NCBI GenBank assembly: GCA_002633005.1
Contig: NMRA01000369.1
Coordinates: 62,001-126,000 of the forward strand
Length of the DNA: 64,000 nt
DNA from: Phoronis australis
Lineage: Eukaryota > Animalia > Phoronida
Reading direction: 5' to 3'
In this document: positions 38,901 through 52,765 of the stretch, piece by piece
Layout of the letters: every line of letters begins with the position of its first letter
Position numbering within the stretch: position 1 is the stretch's first letter
Position numbers and translations under genes: made by a program
Notes under the pieces: model-generated
Seen by the model: the letters and a program-made list of their open reading frames with translations, nothing else
Databases searched by the model: none
What the model was told of the DNA's origin: nothing

Positions 38901-40787
38901 TCAACATTAACAGACAAGTTATACAATTATTCCTACGTTTGTGCCACCTCAAATATACTCAATTTCTTGATATATTCAAAATTATCTCTGAATTCAGAAT
39001 CCAAAATATTTTATTACAGAAGGTGCGATGTGGTGAACGGGAAATAGGAGGTAACCGACTGAACGCTACAAGTCGTCTCATCATCCGTGACAGTGGCTCC
39101 AACTTATGCTCTTCACTTGAGAATCTTAGTCCTGGTTGGACGACTAATTCTAATCAGCTTGAAATTGACTTTGAGACAGCGTGGCACGGATATCTGCCAA
39201 GCTGTGAATTTATTTTAAAGCCGGATGGTCTCAGAGACGAAATAGCATGTGACCTAAAAACTTTCCAGTTGGACCGACCCGAGAAAGCCAGTATTATATC
39301 TGTTGCAGAACAAACGAAGCATGTAAGTATACAAGAGTTATAACGTGGTAAATCCCTCCACACGGGATCGAGCTGTTTCGGATGAGGTGTTGGCTATCTT
39401 TTAGGACAATATCAAAGCCTTTCAAAACTCGATTTCACCGAGTTCCGCCGCATATACTAACAGCTTCTTATTTAATTTGAACTTTCCTCGTCTTGTAAAA
39501 TTTTGCTTTTCAAGGACAAAAATGGGGATACCCGCATAAATATATGTGTTTCTACGTAAAATATGATTATAGGTGGGTACCTGTCAGTAAAAGTTGATCA
39601 GCGAAGTATCTCTTTGTAACTGAGTACAACAAATTCGGGATGGGTCTATCTATAAACTGGACCCGCCGTGACGGGTCCAGTTATATTTATATAGCATGAC
39701 CCGCAGTGATGGGTCTGGACCTGTCGTGACGGTTCCAATTATAAACTGGACCCGTCGTGATGGGTCGAGTTATATTTATATAGATAGNNNNNNNNNNNNN
39801 NNNNNNNNNNNNNNNNNNNNNNNNNNNNNNNNNNNNNNNNNNNNNNNNNNNNNNNNNNNNNNNNNNNNNNNNNNNNNNNNNNNNNNNNNNNNNNNNNNNN
39901 NNNNNNNNNNNNNNNNNNNNNNNNNNNNNNNNNNNNNNNNNNNNNNNNNNNNNNNNNNNNNNNNNNNNNNNNNNNNNNNNNNNNNNNNNNNNNNNNNNNN
40001 NNNNNNNNNNNNNNNNNNNNNNNNNNNNNNNNNNNNNNNNNNNNNNNNNNNNNNNNNNNNNNNNNNNNNNNNNNNNNNNTTTCAATAAGTTACCTGCCCT
40101 CTATAGGTGCCCGGCTAAATGGATCCAAGGTTCACTATTTTCGGTCACGTGTTGTTGACTGTCTGATTCTAACAAAACTGTTATCTGTGTAAATGAAATT
40201 CTTAGAAGTTTTTATTTTATGCTTTCTCGCTCAAAAGTAGTAATCAATTGCTGTCGTTTATCGATTTTTGTTGTTCTGTAATCTTGTCAATCCCTGTGTT
40301 CTTAAACTCTAAATTATTGGCAAAGCGCGACTCAGAAGGTTTTGCTGCTGCATGAGATAGGACAATGGGAATTTTCTCAAAAATGTTTATTCAGTTGAGC
40401 TCAACTTACTGGATACTTGTTAATTTGTAAACTGTGCACTTCAGAACTACATCCCTGAGTTTTGGAACATCTAACTTAACGTTTCAGAATCTTTTTGGCG
40501 AGAGGCATCTGACAACATTCCCATACGAGCTATGTCGGTTTCTCATGGTTCATCTTGACGTATCCAACCCGTTGCATCGTGATTGGCGCGCTGTCGCTGA
40601 ACACTTACGCATGGACACAGCCTTGGTAACGTGGGTGGAACAGCGACAGCAGAGCCCTACTATGTTCATACTCCAAGAATGGGAGAAACAAAGGCGATCG
40701 TTGGAGAGCTTCTACGAATTTATGAAAAATCTAGATAGGCAAGATGTGGCATCGGAAGTTATGAAGTATCTTGCATCTGGACAGTGA
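35925..40787 (+). CDS. Cytoplasmic ZU5-UPA-death domain protein, paralog B, ~556 aa
   Basis: Exons 35925-36992, 39020-39322, 40488-40787; same splice sites and HFT motif (36822-36830) as paralog A; ~14 aa differences by manual count. Confidence 0.88.
37766..38559 (+). mobile_element. Old Kolobok-like THAP relic (paralog of 8746-9536)
   Basis: Same termini and decayed THAP fragment; present in both copies, so it predates the duplication. Confidence 0.6.
39788..40079. other. Assembly gap (N run)
   Basis: Run of N in the last intron of paralog B. Confidence 1.
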
Positions 40788-43700
40788 TCGGCAAATGATC
40801 AACCTGGAACAGCGAAGTAGGATTTGCCGCAGCCATCTGCTTGTTGTCTGTTACACAACTTACAGTGTATTATGTTATAGACTGGATCCACCCGTTATAC
40901 TCAAATGTCGGATAGATGGCACTTAAGTTGTTTTTGTCAGAAACTGAATTCGCTCCACTGTTCTCAGTTTTGATTTGAAAAGTGATGTTTGATCATGGTT
41001 TGCGTTGAAACAGCACTCATAAAAACTACCCTTTCAGCGTTCTATCGCCGAATATTCTGGAAGGATTGTTTAAAATCTTCTTCAACAAATAACCTGAGAA
41101 GAATGTTTGTCAAAATTTAGTTGGGTTACTGTACGAGAGGCAAACACTCTAATTACAGTAGGAAACCAAGCTTAAAATCCAGTTGTCTAGCCACTGGTGG
41201 AGATTGTCCCACAACTCTTTAGTTAATTTCATGTTTAATGTTCAATTTAGACGATTTTAAATAAGGCTTTTGGTATCAATGCAATTCCTGATCAAGGCTG
41301 GTGTCAAAGTCTAAGAATTCAGCTTGTTCCCTTCCTGAGGCATGGGCGGCGCAGCATAGGGGTCAGTGCTACGCCGCCCATGGTCTATAGGCGGTGCACC
41401 ACAGGGGGGCTGAAGGGGCTTTAGCCCCCCCATCACTTTTCTCAGTGCTGCGCCGCCCATGTGAGGGAGAGTTGGGAATTTAGTTCCCCTGTTTTGGTCT
41501 TGGCAAACTGCACGAGTTTTTGGCCTCGCTGTAAGATTGGGTTAAGCGTAAATGCAACTTCGATTTAAATTTGAATCTTAATGACGTGAAGGAAAGATTT
41601 AGTCTTCGCACACGCCACATGTTGGTCACAGTTCGAGACATGTAATTAAGTCTGTAATTAAGATCCATGTCTCGACCGGGACTCGAAGCCAACTAAAGAC
41701 TTTCTACTTACCGTGCAGGCCATCTTGTCCACTGATGTATCCGGGCAATTGGTCAATTATAGAAGTCCTACCAAACTTAATCGGAGACATCTTTCCCTTC
41801 TTACTTGAGAGTAAATATTCATGTAAGATTAACAAACCTTACACGTAAGAAGACTGATATTCTTACTTATACCATATCAACGCGCGCTAAGTCGTGACAA
41901 ATACAATCATACACCACTGACGTGATGTTTGGTACACTACAGGATGGATAAAGAAAAATTGTCCATTGTACGATGCTTGTTTGCTGAAATACGATTATTC
42001 TTTTTTGAAACTATTTGACTAGTTCAAAATTAACATTTCATTTTCATCAAAAAAGCAATGTGGAAATAAAACTTCTTAAGCCAACGACTGAACCAGTCGT
42101 CGTTTCCAAAGTGTATGAATGTGACATGTGAATGAAAATACCCTAGTTTCAATATATTATTTGTATTATATAAACTGTGCGTAGTGTGTTGCATTATGGC
42201 TAGGGTACATCCATGGAATAAGATACTAAAAAGAGATCTGATTCGAAAGCCTTGATTGGTACAGAGATTGTTCAACTGCCGTAAGACAGTCTCATTGTTT
42301 TCTTGCTACCAATTGGCTGTATTGGTGCGTTCAAACTAAGCAAAATGTACAGCTAATTGAATGCCTGGGCAAAGTGGGCAATGAGCCGAGTTCTCAGTAG
42401 ATCTTGACTGTCACAGGCACCTTTAATCAACCCTCGACGATAAAATGTAATAAGGAGGCAACATTTACGGCAAAGCGGATAGTGACCGAAATGACAGTAC
42501 AGGCAGAGTAAACTGGTGGAACAGCTAACACTATAATGTTATTGTTTACTCTCTAACCGGCCACAAGGCAAGTACAATAATTAATCCACATACAAGCATA
42601 ATGATTTGGACAAATGGAAGGAAATTGGATAGTGACCTTGAAATGTTGACCTGTTTTTCTGGTACCCAATCAGCGTGCTCCTGGAGTAGAATAAGGATAA
42701 TGTTACTGTTTTTAGCATTCTGGTGATGTCAGAGCATACGCATTAGTTGACGCCAATGGATCATTTCGGTCGACTAGCTACGCTTTGCCGTGGATGTTGT
42801 CGATTAAAATAAGGAAAATTTGGAGGTATTTATTGGTTTCGATGTCAACAAATGAAACTAGTGAACGTGCTGCAGTGGCAGGTAAAATGTGACTTAAAGT
42901 ACTCCCAGGTTGGCAAGCTTCGAGTTATTCCAGAAGTGCCTGGCGGACCGGGCGGCCATATTGGATAGTAATTGTATTTACCTTTCTCCATTATAGTATA
43001 TCGTCGAGGGCTAATTAAACTGAGTGCCTGTGCTTGAGTTGACCAATAGGCCTGTTGGAAACGAGGCATGACGTTCTTTAACTTCGAAACGAGAGGAGCG
43101 CACTGCTTAAGGCTCCGAGACGAACTGCTCCCACAAGCACACAAAGTAGGCCTTAGAAATAAAATTGTAAAGAAAAAACTTGCCTTTGAATATGTTTGCA
43201 GTCAGAGTTTATTGATTGTAAAACAAAAGTATAAAATTAAACGACACAAAACACATAGCGAAGTTCCCCGGTCGGATACTTACAAGAAACTGACAACGCG
43301 AAAAAAGCAATAAAATCAAGTGTGAAGCGATCTAATGATAGTGTTACATAATCTACTACAACACACAATTTACCATACATATAATCTACTACACACGGGT
43401 GTTCACAAACGCCTAACAGGGAAAAAAATGTACAGCACTTGATACACATGAGAGCATATTTGTAGAACTAGCTTAAGTGTACCCATTTTCGACACCTTTC
43501 CACATTATTTTGCACTTCCAAATAAATTCTGTTGTATTTCTGGAAAGCTTGCCTGGGCTTTCGGATGGTGTCACCTAACAGAAAATCGATCAAGATCAAA
43601 ATTTTACGATCGATAGAAGACAACACAATTAGTTCACGAAATCACGTCTCTAGAAATCTTTGGGATTTCCTGACACGTAGTAATCAAGTAAATTATATTT

Positions 43701-43966
43701 AAAAAATCCAATATTATTTAATGTACGTTTCCCCAAATATTCAAAGTGGAAACTCCTCAGTCGTCTGCTTCAAAAACAAGATTTGGCGCACGTGAGATCC
43801 AGTAGACAAGACGGCAAGCCCACAGCCTCCGAAACTTGAACGGAATTCAATTAATAGACACATTTTAAGACCCTGAAATAAATACTTATTCAACAATGTA
43901 AGGGTGTCGATCGCAGGTACACTGTTGCTACTTATGACGGGAATTTGAGAGGATTTATTTAAATAA

Positions 43967-45218
43967 ACAGCTTATTATTTAAAATGACTTATTCTTATTA
44001 AAATGAAATAGGCAAAAAATTGAATTTCGGACCTCAAAAGCGAGGCCCCCTATATTAATATAGAGGGCCCCGCCGAAAGGAGGCCGGAGACCGGGGCCTT
44101 CCATATTAATATAGAGGGCCCCGCCGAAAGGAGGCCGGAGACCGGGGGCCCTCTATATTAATATAGGGGCCCCGCCGAAAGGAGACCGGAGAGCGGGGCC
44201 CCTATATTAATATAGAAGGCCCCGCCGAAAGGAGGCCGGAGAGCGGGCCCTCTATATTAATATAGAGGGCCCCACCGAAAGGAGGCCGGAGAGCGAAAAA
44301 TTTTGAAGCAATTGGGCATCACAAACAGCATGCTTCTTGTGACATCTATTTGTATCATAAAAATGGCCACCAGATGGCGCAAAACATGTCAACTCCATCC
44401 GAAAACAGAAACATCGTTTCTTTAATAGAAAGTATTAACCATAAAAATCTGTCAAGAAACTATAGAGAAACAAAGGAAGACCGGAAAAAATGGAATGGCC
44501 ACTAGGGGGCAATGCACCTGAAAGTTGTCAATATCTGTTCTCAACATGATATGAATATACTTGCTAAATTTAATTAAGATCCTGCAGTAGGCTTAGGACA
44601 TACAGCTATAGGCGCAAAAAAGCTAGGAGGCGCCACAGTAGTTAGTCGTCATCGTCAGCCATACTCTTCAAACTGAGAACAGATATATCCATTTTCACAA
44701 TAATCCATAGAATGGTTTAGTTGATAGAGGAGCAGATGCCAAAAAAACGATTGGAAAAAACATAAATGGCCACTAGGTGGCGCAAAATGTCTCAAATAAA
44801 TCGGAAAATAGGGAGATAGCATCATGTCACCAATAAACTGCCACTAGGAGGTGCCACAGTAGCCAGATTAATCAGAAAATCATCGTCAGGCTTTCTCTTC
44901 ATAGTAAGAAAATACATGCATGCCAATTTTTACAATCATCTTTAAGAGCGGTTTGGTTGATAGAGAGGCGGATGCCAATAAACAGTGAAAATGGTTATTA
45001 GGTGGCGCAAAATACCTTGACTCCTTCCGAAAACAGGAATATAGCATCATCCTACTAACAGGTGCCTAATGCCAAGTTTCACAAAAATCTGTAGACGACC
45101 TTTAAAGATACAGAGGTAAATGTAAAAAAATAATTGCCACTAGGGGGCACAATGGTTGTCAGATCCATCCGAAATTCGTCCTCTTCTGTCGTCATCTTCA
45201 TATGAACCCATCTGTCAG
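43967..45218. mobile_element. Copy-B-specific segment with palindromic tandem repeats and a CTCF-like motif array (possibly Helentron/HINE-like)
   Basis: Absent at the matching copy A site (~16343); ~47-50-bp units with core ccctctatattaatatagaggg at 44040-44295; seven CCACYAGRKGGCRC-like motifs. Confidence 0.6.
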
Positions 45219-48202
45219 TATTATTAAAGTAGGATAAAATGAACAATAACGATGTTGATTGATAGAGTGAACTTAAGTACTGATTGAGACATCCTTATTG
45301 CAAACAACAAATTGAACAATTATGAACATTCAATAAATTGCATAAAAGAATACATCAAAACGGTAGGGCGACAAATTGTTCGTTTTTGCACAGTTTATCA
45401 TGGCCGGTTTCGCCGACTTCGGCCGAATCGCCTTACATGAACGTACAATCATGTAACTGTGCTGATTTTTGACACTAATGCTGCTTCTGTAGGGAGGACA
45501 TCTCTGTGACGTCAAAAGCATCCATGCGACATGTATTAGGCAATCTAAGTTAGCTTGCTCGTCACAGGCCTACTCTGAAGCGAGCCTTAGAGATTCCTTG
45601 AACAAATCGGGCGAGAAAAAAATGCACGCCTAATTTAGTGGGTCCTTGGTTCAGTCATTTGAGCTTCGCCAGCTCAACCAGAGGACAAGCGGATAAGAGG
45701 AGCGTTTCCCCTCAATCTGAGAAGCAGAATGTCCCTATATAAGACATGTGTCAGTTGTCAAAGTTGCAGGGAAGGCCATTTTGCCATTCACTTCCCTCAT
45801 GGGACAATTCCTGCTGCAACTTTTGGTGACCAAGAGGTCATTGTGGTACGCCAGCCTGGCTGACGTACATTGTCCAGTGCTTGGACTTTTTCATTTGTCG
45901 CAGCTCCGATGTAATACATTTAAGCGACTGGCAATGAGCATGAGAGACAACGTTTCTATTGTAAGGTAACAATTGGCAGACCGTCTGCCTCGATCATTTC
46001 AGTCAAAATAGCGCCGCAGAGAAGACCCTTGTTATGGGGAAACTAAGTTGAGGCTGATCTAGAGGAGTGTCACTTAGAAACACCTATTCACTGAAGATCA
46101 GCGAATAATCTCTTGTTACGTGGAATGTAGGCCACGGAACTTTCAAGTCGTGTTTCAGCAATACACAACAATTCCCACAAGCGGACTGACCACGCGTTAT
46201 AAGGAAATTTGCTCGGGACTGACCGAGTCGAGTCTCAATAAGAGACATTGGTCCCCATGAGACCAGGTACTGGTCTCTCGTCAACGGGAAAACTAAATCG
46301 ACGACTGTACAAGTCGTGTCCTATTAAGAGATAGTTCTTCCCAAAAGAGGAATGGCCTCTAGTTCTGTGGGGAAACTAAGCTGGGGATTGAGCAAATCCC
46401 ATCTCCGTGCGAGAGAATAATTCCACGATGAGACTGCTTTCGCGTTATAGCAAAATTGGTCCCGAAACTTATCAAGTCATTTCCCGATAAGATAGTTTCC
46501 AAGAGAGACGACTGATCTCTCGTTAAAGCGAAATTAACCTGGGACTGGCGGAGTCCTGTCCCAATAAAAGACTATTAGAGGAAACTAAGCCGGTGACCAT
46601 ACAAGTCGTGTCTCATTAAGAGACATTAGTTTCCACGAAAGCAGACTCTTGTTATCTGGAAAAACGGACCGCACGGTACTGACCAAACCCTGTCTCACTT
46701 GAGAAAAAACGCCATGGGTTCTTCCAGTTCTGACAACAGTACCCACGAGATCAGGAATTTATCCCCCGTTATAAGGAAACCAGAGTTCCCACGAGTACAC
46801 TCTCTCGTAACGAGAAATTTGTCCGAGGACTCATCAACACGTATATCATTAAGAGACAATATTTCCCACAAGAGGACTTTCTTGCTAGGGTCACTACGCC
46901 ATTGACTGGCCAAGGCAAGTCTCTCGATCACCAAGTCCTTACAAATCTTGTCGATGCTCTCGCATCCAGTTCTTGTTCAACGTCGTTTACTTTGATGTTT
47001 TCACTTATTGTATAGTTAGGCTTCTAACATTTTCTTTAGTTTTGCGCAGAGTACATTTCAGAAGAGCGCGTGGTTCGGCCATCACAGAGTTTACATCTGC
47101 TGTTTGAGAAGGTCTAAGAAAAATGCAACTATGTCTACGAGAAAAAAATAAATAGGATTCATTTGTCTCCATCAGTGATCACAGGAGTCGGATGAAATCC
47201 AAAACTCAACGACAGGGTAATCCAGTGATATGCTTAAATTTAAAACGGGCTCTGAACTGAAACACTCAAACAAATGTTGACGTTTCTTGCATTGCGTAAA
47301 TCATTAACCATAGAGCAAGTTAATGTTGCTATCCAATGGGTGTACTGGTAGTGTTTAAACCTAATGAGCTATAGATGAACTATTAGACTAGCTGGCCACC
47401 ACTCCACCATGAAATCCTCTGCCTCGTAGAGATGCTCTACGCGTCTTCAGGATCAGCACCCTGCAACAGCGTAACGTCATTGTAACAAGGAAAACAGTAT
47501 AGGGTTATCATGACCTGTTAGACAAATGCTACCAGTTAAAGTCAAGTAATTGCAAAAAAGATCATAGAGAGTTTGACGCCATAATTAGTGTTTTGGACAG
47601 GCACAGACCAAATAGCCGGCTCTGAATTCACTGGCCAAAGCGGCTGTATGCCATCCCCATTATGCGATTAGTCATGTACATATACATGTAGATAGTCATC
47701 GGGTTCTTCATGTAGCGGGCACCACACGTGCATGCGTTCCACAACTCATAATTTAAGGACGTCCACTATGAGTAGGTCATCCAGGGCTTTCGATGCTTCA
47801 ATTTTGGGGTCAGAATACAAACCTCTCTGAAAATGCCTAAAAATCACACGAAATTATCTTCATCTGGCCCCCAAATTTCATTCCCGTGATTATAATTCCC
47901 CCTAAGTTCTATTTACCACTTTGGACTCGAACAGATCCTCAGCTTCAGAAGGTTTCACTAACTGGTAAAATCTTTTCTTCCATTGTTAACATCCTCGATG
48001 TGGATGACAAAATCTGGAGTGCTTTATTGGAATTGCACGGCTATTGCTGATATTACCAGTAAAGAACGAGATTCATTGGAGGCTACAGCTCACTGGCTGA
48101 CATACCACTTGCTGATGCAAACTATTTCTTATTCACACAAACAACCAAAGCGCCCAAATCAGTCACTATATAATTTTGAAGCGAGAAAACGACAAATCTA
48201 CC

Positions 48203-48292
48203 TGAGGGCCCCCATGGAAAGCAGTGTGAACTGATGGGGCTACCCTCGTTGTAAATTTTACATTAATAAGTAAATAAATAAATAAATAAATA
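48203..48292 (+). mobile_element. LINE (L2/CR1-group-like) 3' end fragment
   Basis: Stem-loop gagggccccc...ggggctaccctc followed by a (taaa)n tail. Confidence 0.5.
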
Positions 48293-48813
48293 CAATAATA
48301 CCCCCCCGGCCACCTTGTCCATGTAGATTGATTGTTGCACATTCAAAACATTCAAGGAAATTTATTGTCTTCGCGAAAATTCAATTCAACCTTATTCACT
48401 TCACATATATAGATATATAAAAATTATCTGTCACTTATAGTTTTTACAGATGAATTTGAAGAACACATGAAACCACTTTACACCCGTAGTAATACTCAGA
48501 GATAAATAAAATCCGCTCATATCAGCCAAAACTCCATCGACAGATGCACAAGACATGTGACGTGGTCAGCCTTTTATGGAGACTCAATTCAGATGATAGT
48601 TAATAAAGTCTATCAAAATAAAGAACGAAAAAGTGAAAACGTTATGCAATTCTTATCTTAACACCAGCTGCCCGGCCGTGACTCCTGCGTCAATCACGAT
48701 AAAAATGATCAGGTGGCATGGCCCTTTTGTGCCCGCTCCGTGTGTGTTGGAACCAGTGAAAGCGTCATGGCATGATTTTGAACGATAACTAGCCCAATGG
48801 TGTTTTTGCGTAC

Positions 48814-51253
48814 CTGTTCAGGTGCCAAACCCGCGACAACAGTGTTATGGTTGCCGCTCTGCACGCATTTCATCTCAGCTGCCGAAATGTGGTTTTCATT
48901 TCCACAGTGCAAGTGGTAGTGGTTCACGACAGTGCAGTTGAAGTTGTGTTGTCGGAACGAGGCTCCACCAGGCGCCTCCCCGTGTTCCATCTGCAAATCA
49001 TAATGTTCACGTGTTGCAACCTCGGGTAAGAAACAACCGGTTGCAAATTTTGAGGTAAGATAATCCATCACAGTGCTTCATCGTGAAACAGTTGGGGATA
49101 GCAAAATTGTGCGTTGCTTATCTAACCAAAACAACATTGAAGAAATAAGAAAAAAATAATTATTTCCTTACAAACACGTACGTGAATTCATCCGTGAATA
49201 ATGATTGTGGCGCAACGAATGCGTGTGTTATTAGCCTGGACCACGAGCAATCTTGTTCATATGCTAGGTTATGTATGACAATTACAGAAAGATAAGTTGA
49301 CTTCGCTCTCATGACCATCCATGGTAATGTCCGTAATACACGGCGACAAATTGCGAAAACGGCGTGCCCGAGCTTCAGTTTTTTTTGCTCAACTAAAGGG
49401 ACGCCAGTCAGGGGGATTCATAGGGTTCAGATGTCTCGATCAGTGCCCCTGCACCTTGCTGTTGAAATGTTTCCAGCTCTCATACATGTGTTTAGCGGTA
49501 CCATCTAGTGAATAAATAGTCCACGAGTTCATGAGAATTGCCAAAACACCAAAATACGTCGTGCCGCAAAAAGTAAGTCAAAGTGACATGATACATGGTT
49601 CTTCAATTCTAAAAAGAACTATCCCGCATGTACACGATTTCGGTATGTGATATGTAGGCTTTGATTCAGGTATAGTCAAGTGGGCCAAAAACGCGTGCAT
49701 GTGCCTGTATGTGAAACAGTTTCGGCTTCGCGGGTCCTACCTGGCTTTCAGGGCTGCTGGCGCCGCCTATAGGCTTGACTTTGGAAGATTTGAATCCACC
49801 GAGCAACCAATAGAGTAGGCGTTTTAGCTTCGTCAGCCAACCTTCATTCCCGGGTTCATCGTCTGCAATGCAAAACAAAAGCAACGCGGAGCGCTGAAAT
49901 ACACCCACGACATGCAGCATCGCAAATGATGTGCTTCTATGAGAGTTTTTAGTATCATAAAAATGGCCATTAGACGGCGCAGAATGTGTCAATCTCGTCT
50001 CGTACGCCTACACAACTATTTGCCGGGGAGGAGACATTTTTTAAGCATTTCAATAAAAAAAGAAGAATGCACAATTGACACCAACTTAAAACACCCTTTA
50101 CCTGGTTGGTAACTAAGATACGACCATATACATCGGTTAGCCTCGTGTGCCTGTGAACACGGCTTAGCTACGGCGGCCGATTCACAACAATAGCGGAGTT
50201 GTTCAACCAGATAAAAGCTGAAAGCCCCGGAGCCGCAAAACCATAACATGGGAAGTGAGGTCAGACTCGTAAACAAAATGTAAACAAAACGGGTAGTGGC
50301 TCAGTGCCATAAAATTATTCAATAATGGTTCCTTGTGCCATATGTTAGCCAGTAAACTTGAATCGCCGGAATTTGAACATACTGCCCAATCGAATGAAAA
50401 GCCCGGCGGTGAAGAAAACTCACTGAGTGCCAGATTATCCATAGCTAGATAGGGCTACAGCTCTTATAATTGAGGCCTGGCGTCACTATAGGGCCCTCAA
50501 CAAAAAAGGTGTAAAAACTGTGGCGACTGGGGCCCGGGACAAGACAATCTGTTGAGTTTCAATGAAAAACCTGCACCAAAGGGCCTCACGATAGCAAGGA
50601 ATAGGGCCCCCGTCTCGTCGACACAATGGCCCCTCCATGATGGAAGTCGTGTCGATCGAAATTGGAATTGATTTGCATACACGTCTCGTTGCCACATGTA
50701 CCCCTCTTATAGTTTGGCGACGGGGAGGAGGGCCGGGGAGGAGATCGACATTTCTTTAATTCTGGAGACTGGAGACTGTTACTTGAACCCGAGGCAGATC
50801 GCCAGCTTTGGGCCTCTACATGATCGAGTGAGAAGCCAGTGCATTATACGGCGTCCTAGTGCAACGGCATAGGATATGCATGGTCACGTGACCTGACGAT
50901 AATCGATCCCTGTCAGGACACTAACTCCGCCGATTTCCCAGATAGAGCAGGCTTTCGGGCTATTGCTGAAGCTAACGGTATGAAAGAGTAGGCTACGCAC
51001 AGCGTTTAGCTTTTAACCCTACAAGCCAGCTTAGTGTACATGTGCTAGCTGGTCCTCGGGCAGACAGCGGCCCCTGTCCGTCTGTGCCTAGTGTACGTCT
51101 GAGTCCGTAGCTTTATCAATAAATAACATTGAATGGTTAGAGCTGCTAACTCTGTCGGCCAGATGCAGAAAGCGCATTTTGTTGGCGACGTTGTGCATTC
51201 AAGAATTCTAAGAGGTGTAGTCATCTAAGCCTACCTTCGCACCCCTGGAACAT
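48814..51253 (-). CDS. Candidate small protein with RHIM-like motif (3' end unresolved)
   Basis: Phase-compatible GT-AG exons 51253-51235 (MFQGCE), 49862-49741 (DDEPGNEGWLTKLKRLLYWLLGG...ESQ) and 48990-48814 (MEHGE...ISAAEMKCVQSGNHNTVV...EQ). Confidence 0.5.
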
Positions 51254-51337
51254 TGTGGAGGAATCAGCTATCTGAGATTTGTAACCAAGAACTTCTATAA
51301 AAATATTTTCCAAGTCGCGATCGACGTAAGCCGCCGT

Positions 51338-51363
51338 GGGAATTTCCCGGCACTGGCCAATCA
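51338..51363 (-). promoter_or_regulatory. NF-kappaB site plus CCAAT box upstream of the RHIM-like gene
   Basis: GGGAATTTCCC (51338-51348) fits GGGRNNYYCC; ggccaatca adjacent; TATA-like tttatag between it and the putative exon 1. Confidence 0.55.
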
Positions 51364-52503
51364 GGGCACCACCTGCCCACATGTGATATATTTTCGACAG
51401 GCGTGTCAACGTCCCATTGGCGCTCAGTGACATATGGACTGTATAGGCTATTCTTACCACTGCCGGTGAAGTGATTTCTCAGCAGTCGGGTGATAACAGA
51501 ACGTAAAATCACTACCGTGACTACGCGAAGCCCTGAATATTTTTACCTTGATGATGTTATTCAAATAGCCTACCATTGTGACTGAGAACGGGGACCTACA
51601 GTATACTATCATTCAACCTTTACTCAGTTGTCAAGGAAAAACTACTGCAGATGAGCTAAACGCTGAACAGGAACTATTTGAATTAATTCGCTGTACACCC
51701 GGCGAACAAGTACTGCGACCGGCACACTCTGACGCATCGAGCAAAGAACAAACCTTCGCTGCGCTCGTTGCCGCTGCAATGCCCCGGGCCGGGATTTCAA
51801 CTCACAACCTATAGACCACAGGGGGCGTGCTCTTGAACTAAAACTATCTATATCATGCTAATAGACAGCTTGTTTGTGCTCCAGAGCGAACCCGGCCTGC
51901 TCCTTTCCATAACGTTTAATTAAAGCTTTATATTTTGTGCAACCAGTTCGCAGCAAATTCGTCGTGTTTATAACAGACTCATGCCCAAAAGACCAAATCC
52001 ATTTTTCATGTTGGTATTAACCACGCGCTTGCTTTTTAAATCGTCTTAATTTGAATATTTGACAAAGAGAGAGTGATTCCTTCGATTAAAATTTACATGT
52101 TACCTCCAGCTTCTTTTTCTTCATCGTCACTCAGCATTCGTTTACTTTGAAAGAATTTTCTTCATATTGCACAGTGGAGTAGACGATGGAAACGAAGTGG
52201 CAGTGGCCAGCGCCACTGCCGGGATCGCCTGGGATATCAAGTGCCTATCGACCGAGAGCGGCGTTAATTGACTGTTACGATTGTGCCAGTTGTCTGGAGT
52301 CAGACTCTTGAAATCCCACATACATAGTATAAAACTCGACACAGTGTCAAATCTTGTTTCGGTCGTATATATACTGGGATTAATTAATAACCTCGATATT
52401 CCGCCAAGGACGGGGGGGGGGCGACCCTCTGGCCCGCCCCTCTAAATCCACCTAAGTATGTACACGTACATTTAGTGATTTTAGCAGGGGATCACAGCGA
52501 TTT

Positions 52504-52765
52504 CATGGCCGTGCCTTCTAAAATACAGTTTCAGTCCCTAGATACGTCCCGGATCAGCAGACACCCAACCCCCAATACAAATTCCATATCTATGCCCTAG
52601 AGGACATGACACGCACTGAAAATACTCCAAACCCAGTCACCAGATTTGGAATACCCAATGATCAAATCCAGGATCCAGGACTGTAGTTTGGTTTGTACCA
52701 TGACTTAAGTGGTCCAGGATTGGAGTTTAGGGATTCGAAACTGTAAGTTTGAAGGCACAGCCATG
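52504..52765. mobile_element. MITE with ~40-bp imperfect TIRs
   Basis: catggccgtgccttctaaaatacagtttc vs gaaactgtaagtttgaaggcacagccatg. Confidence 0.7.

Noticed and set aside
39687-40088. ORFs with poly-X
   Set aside because: Artefacts of the N gap.
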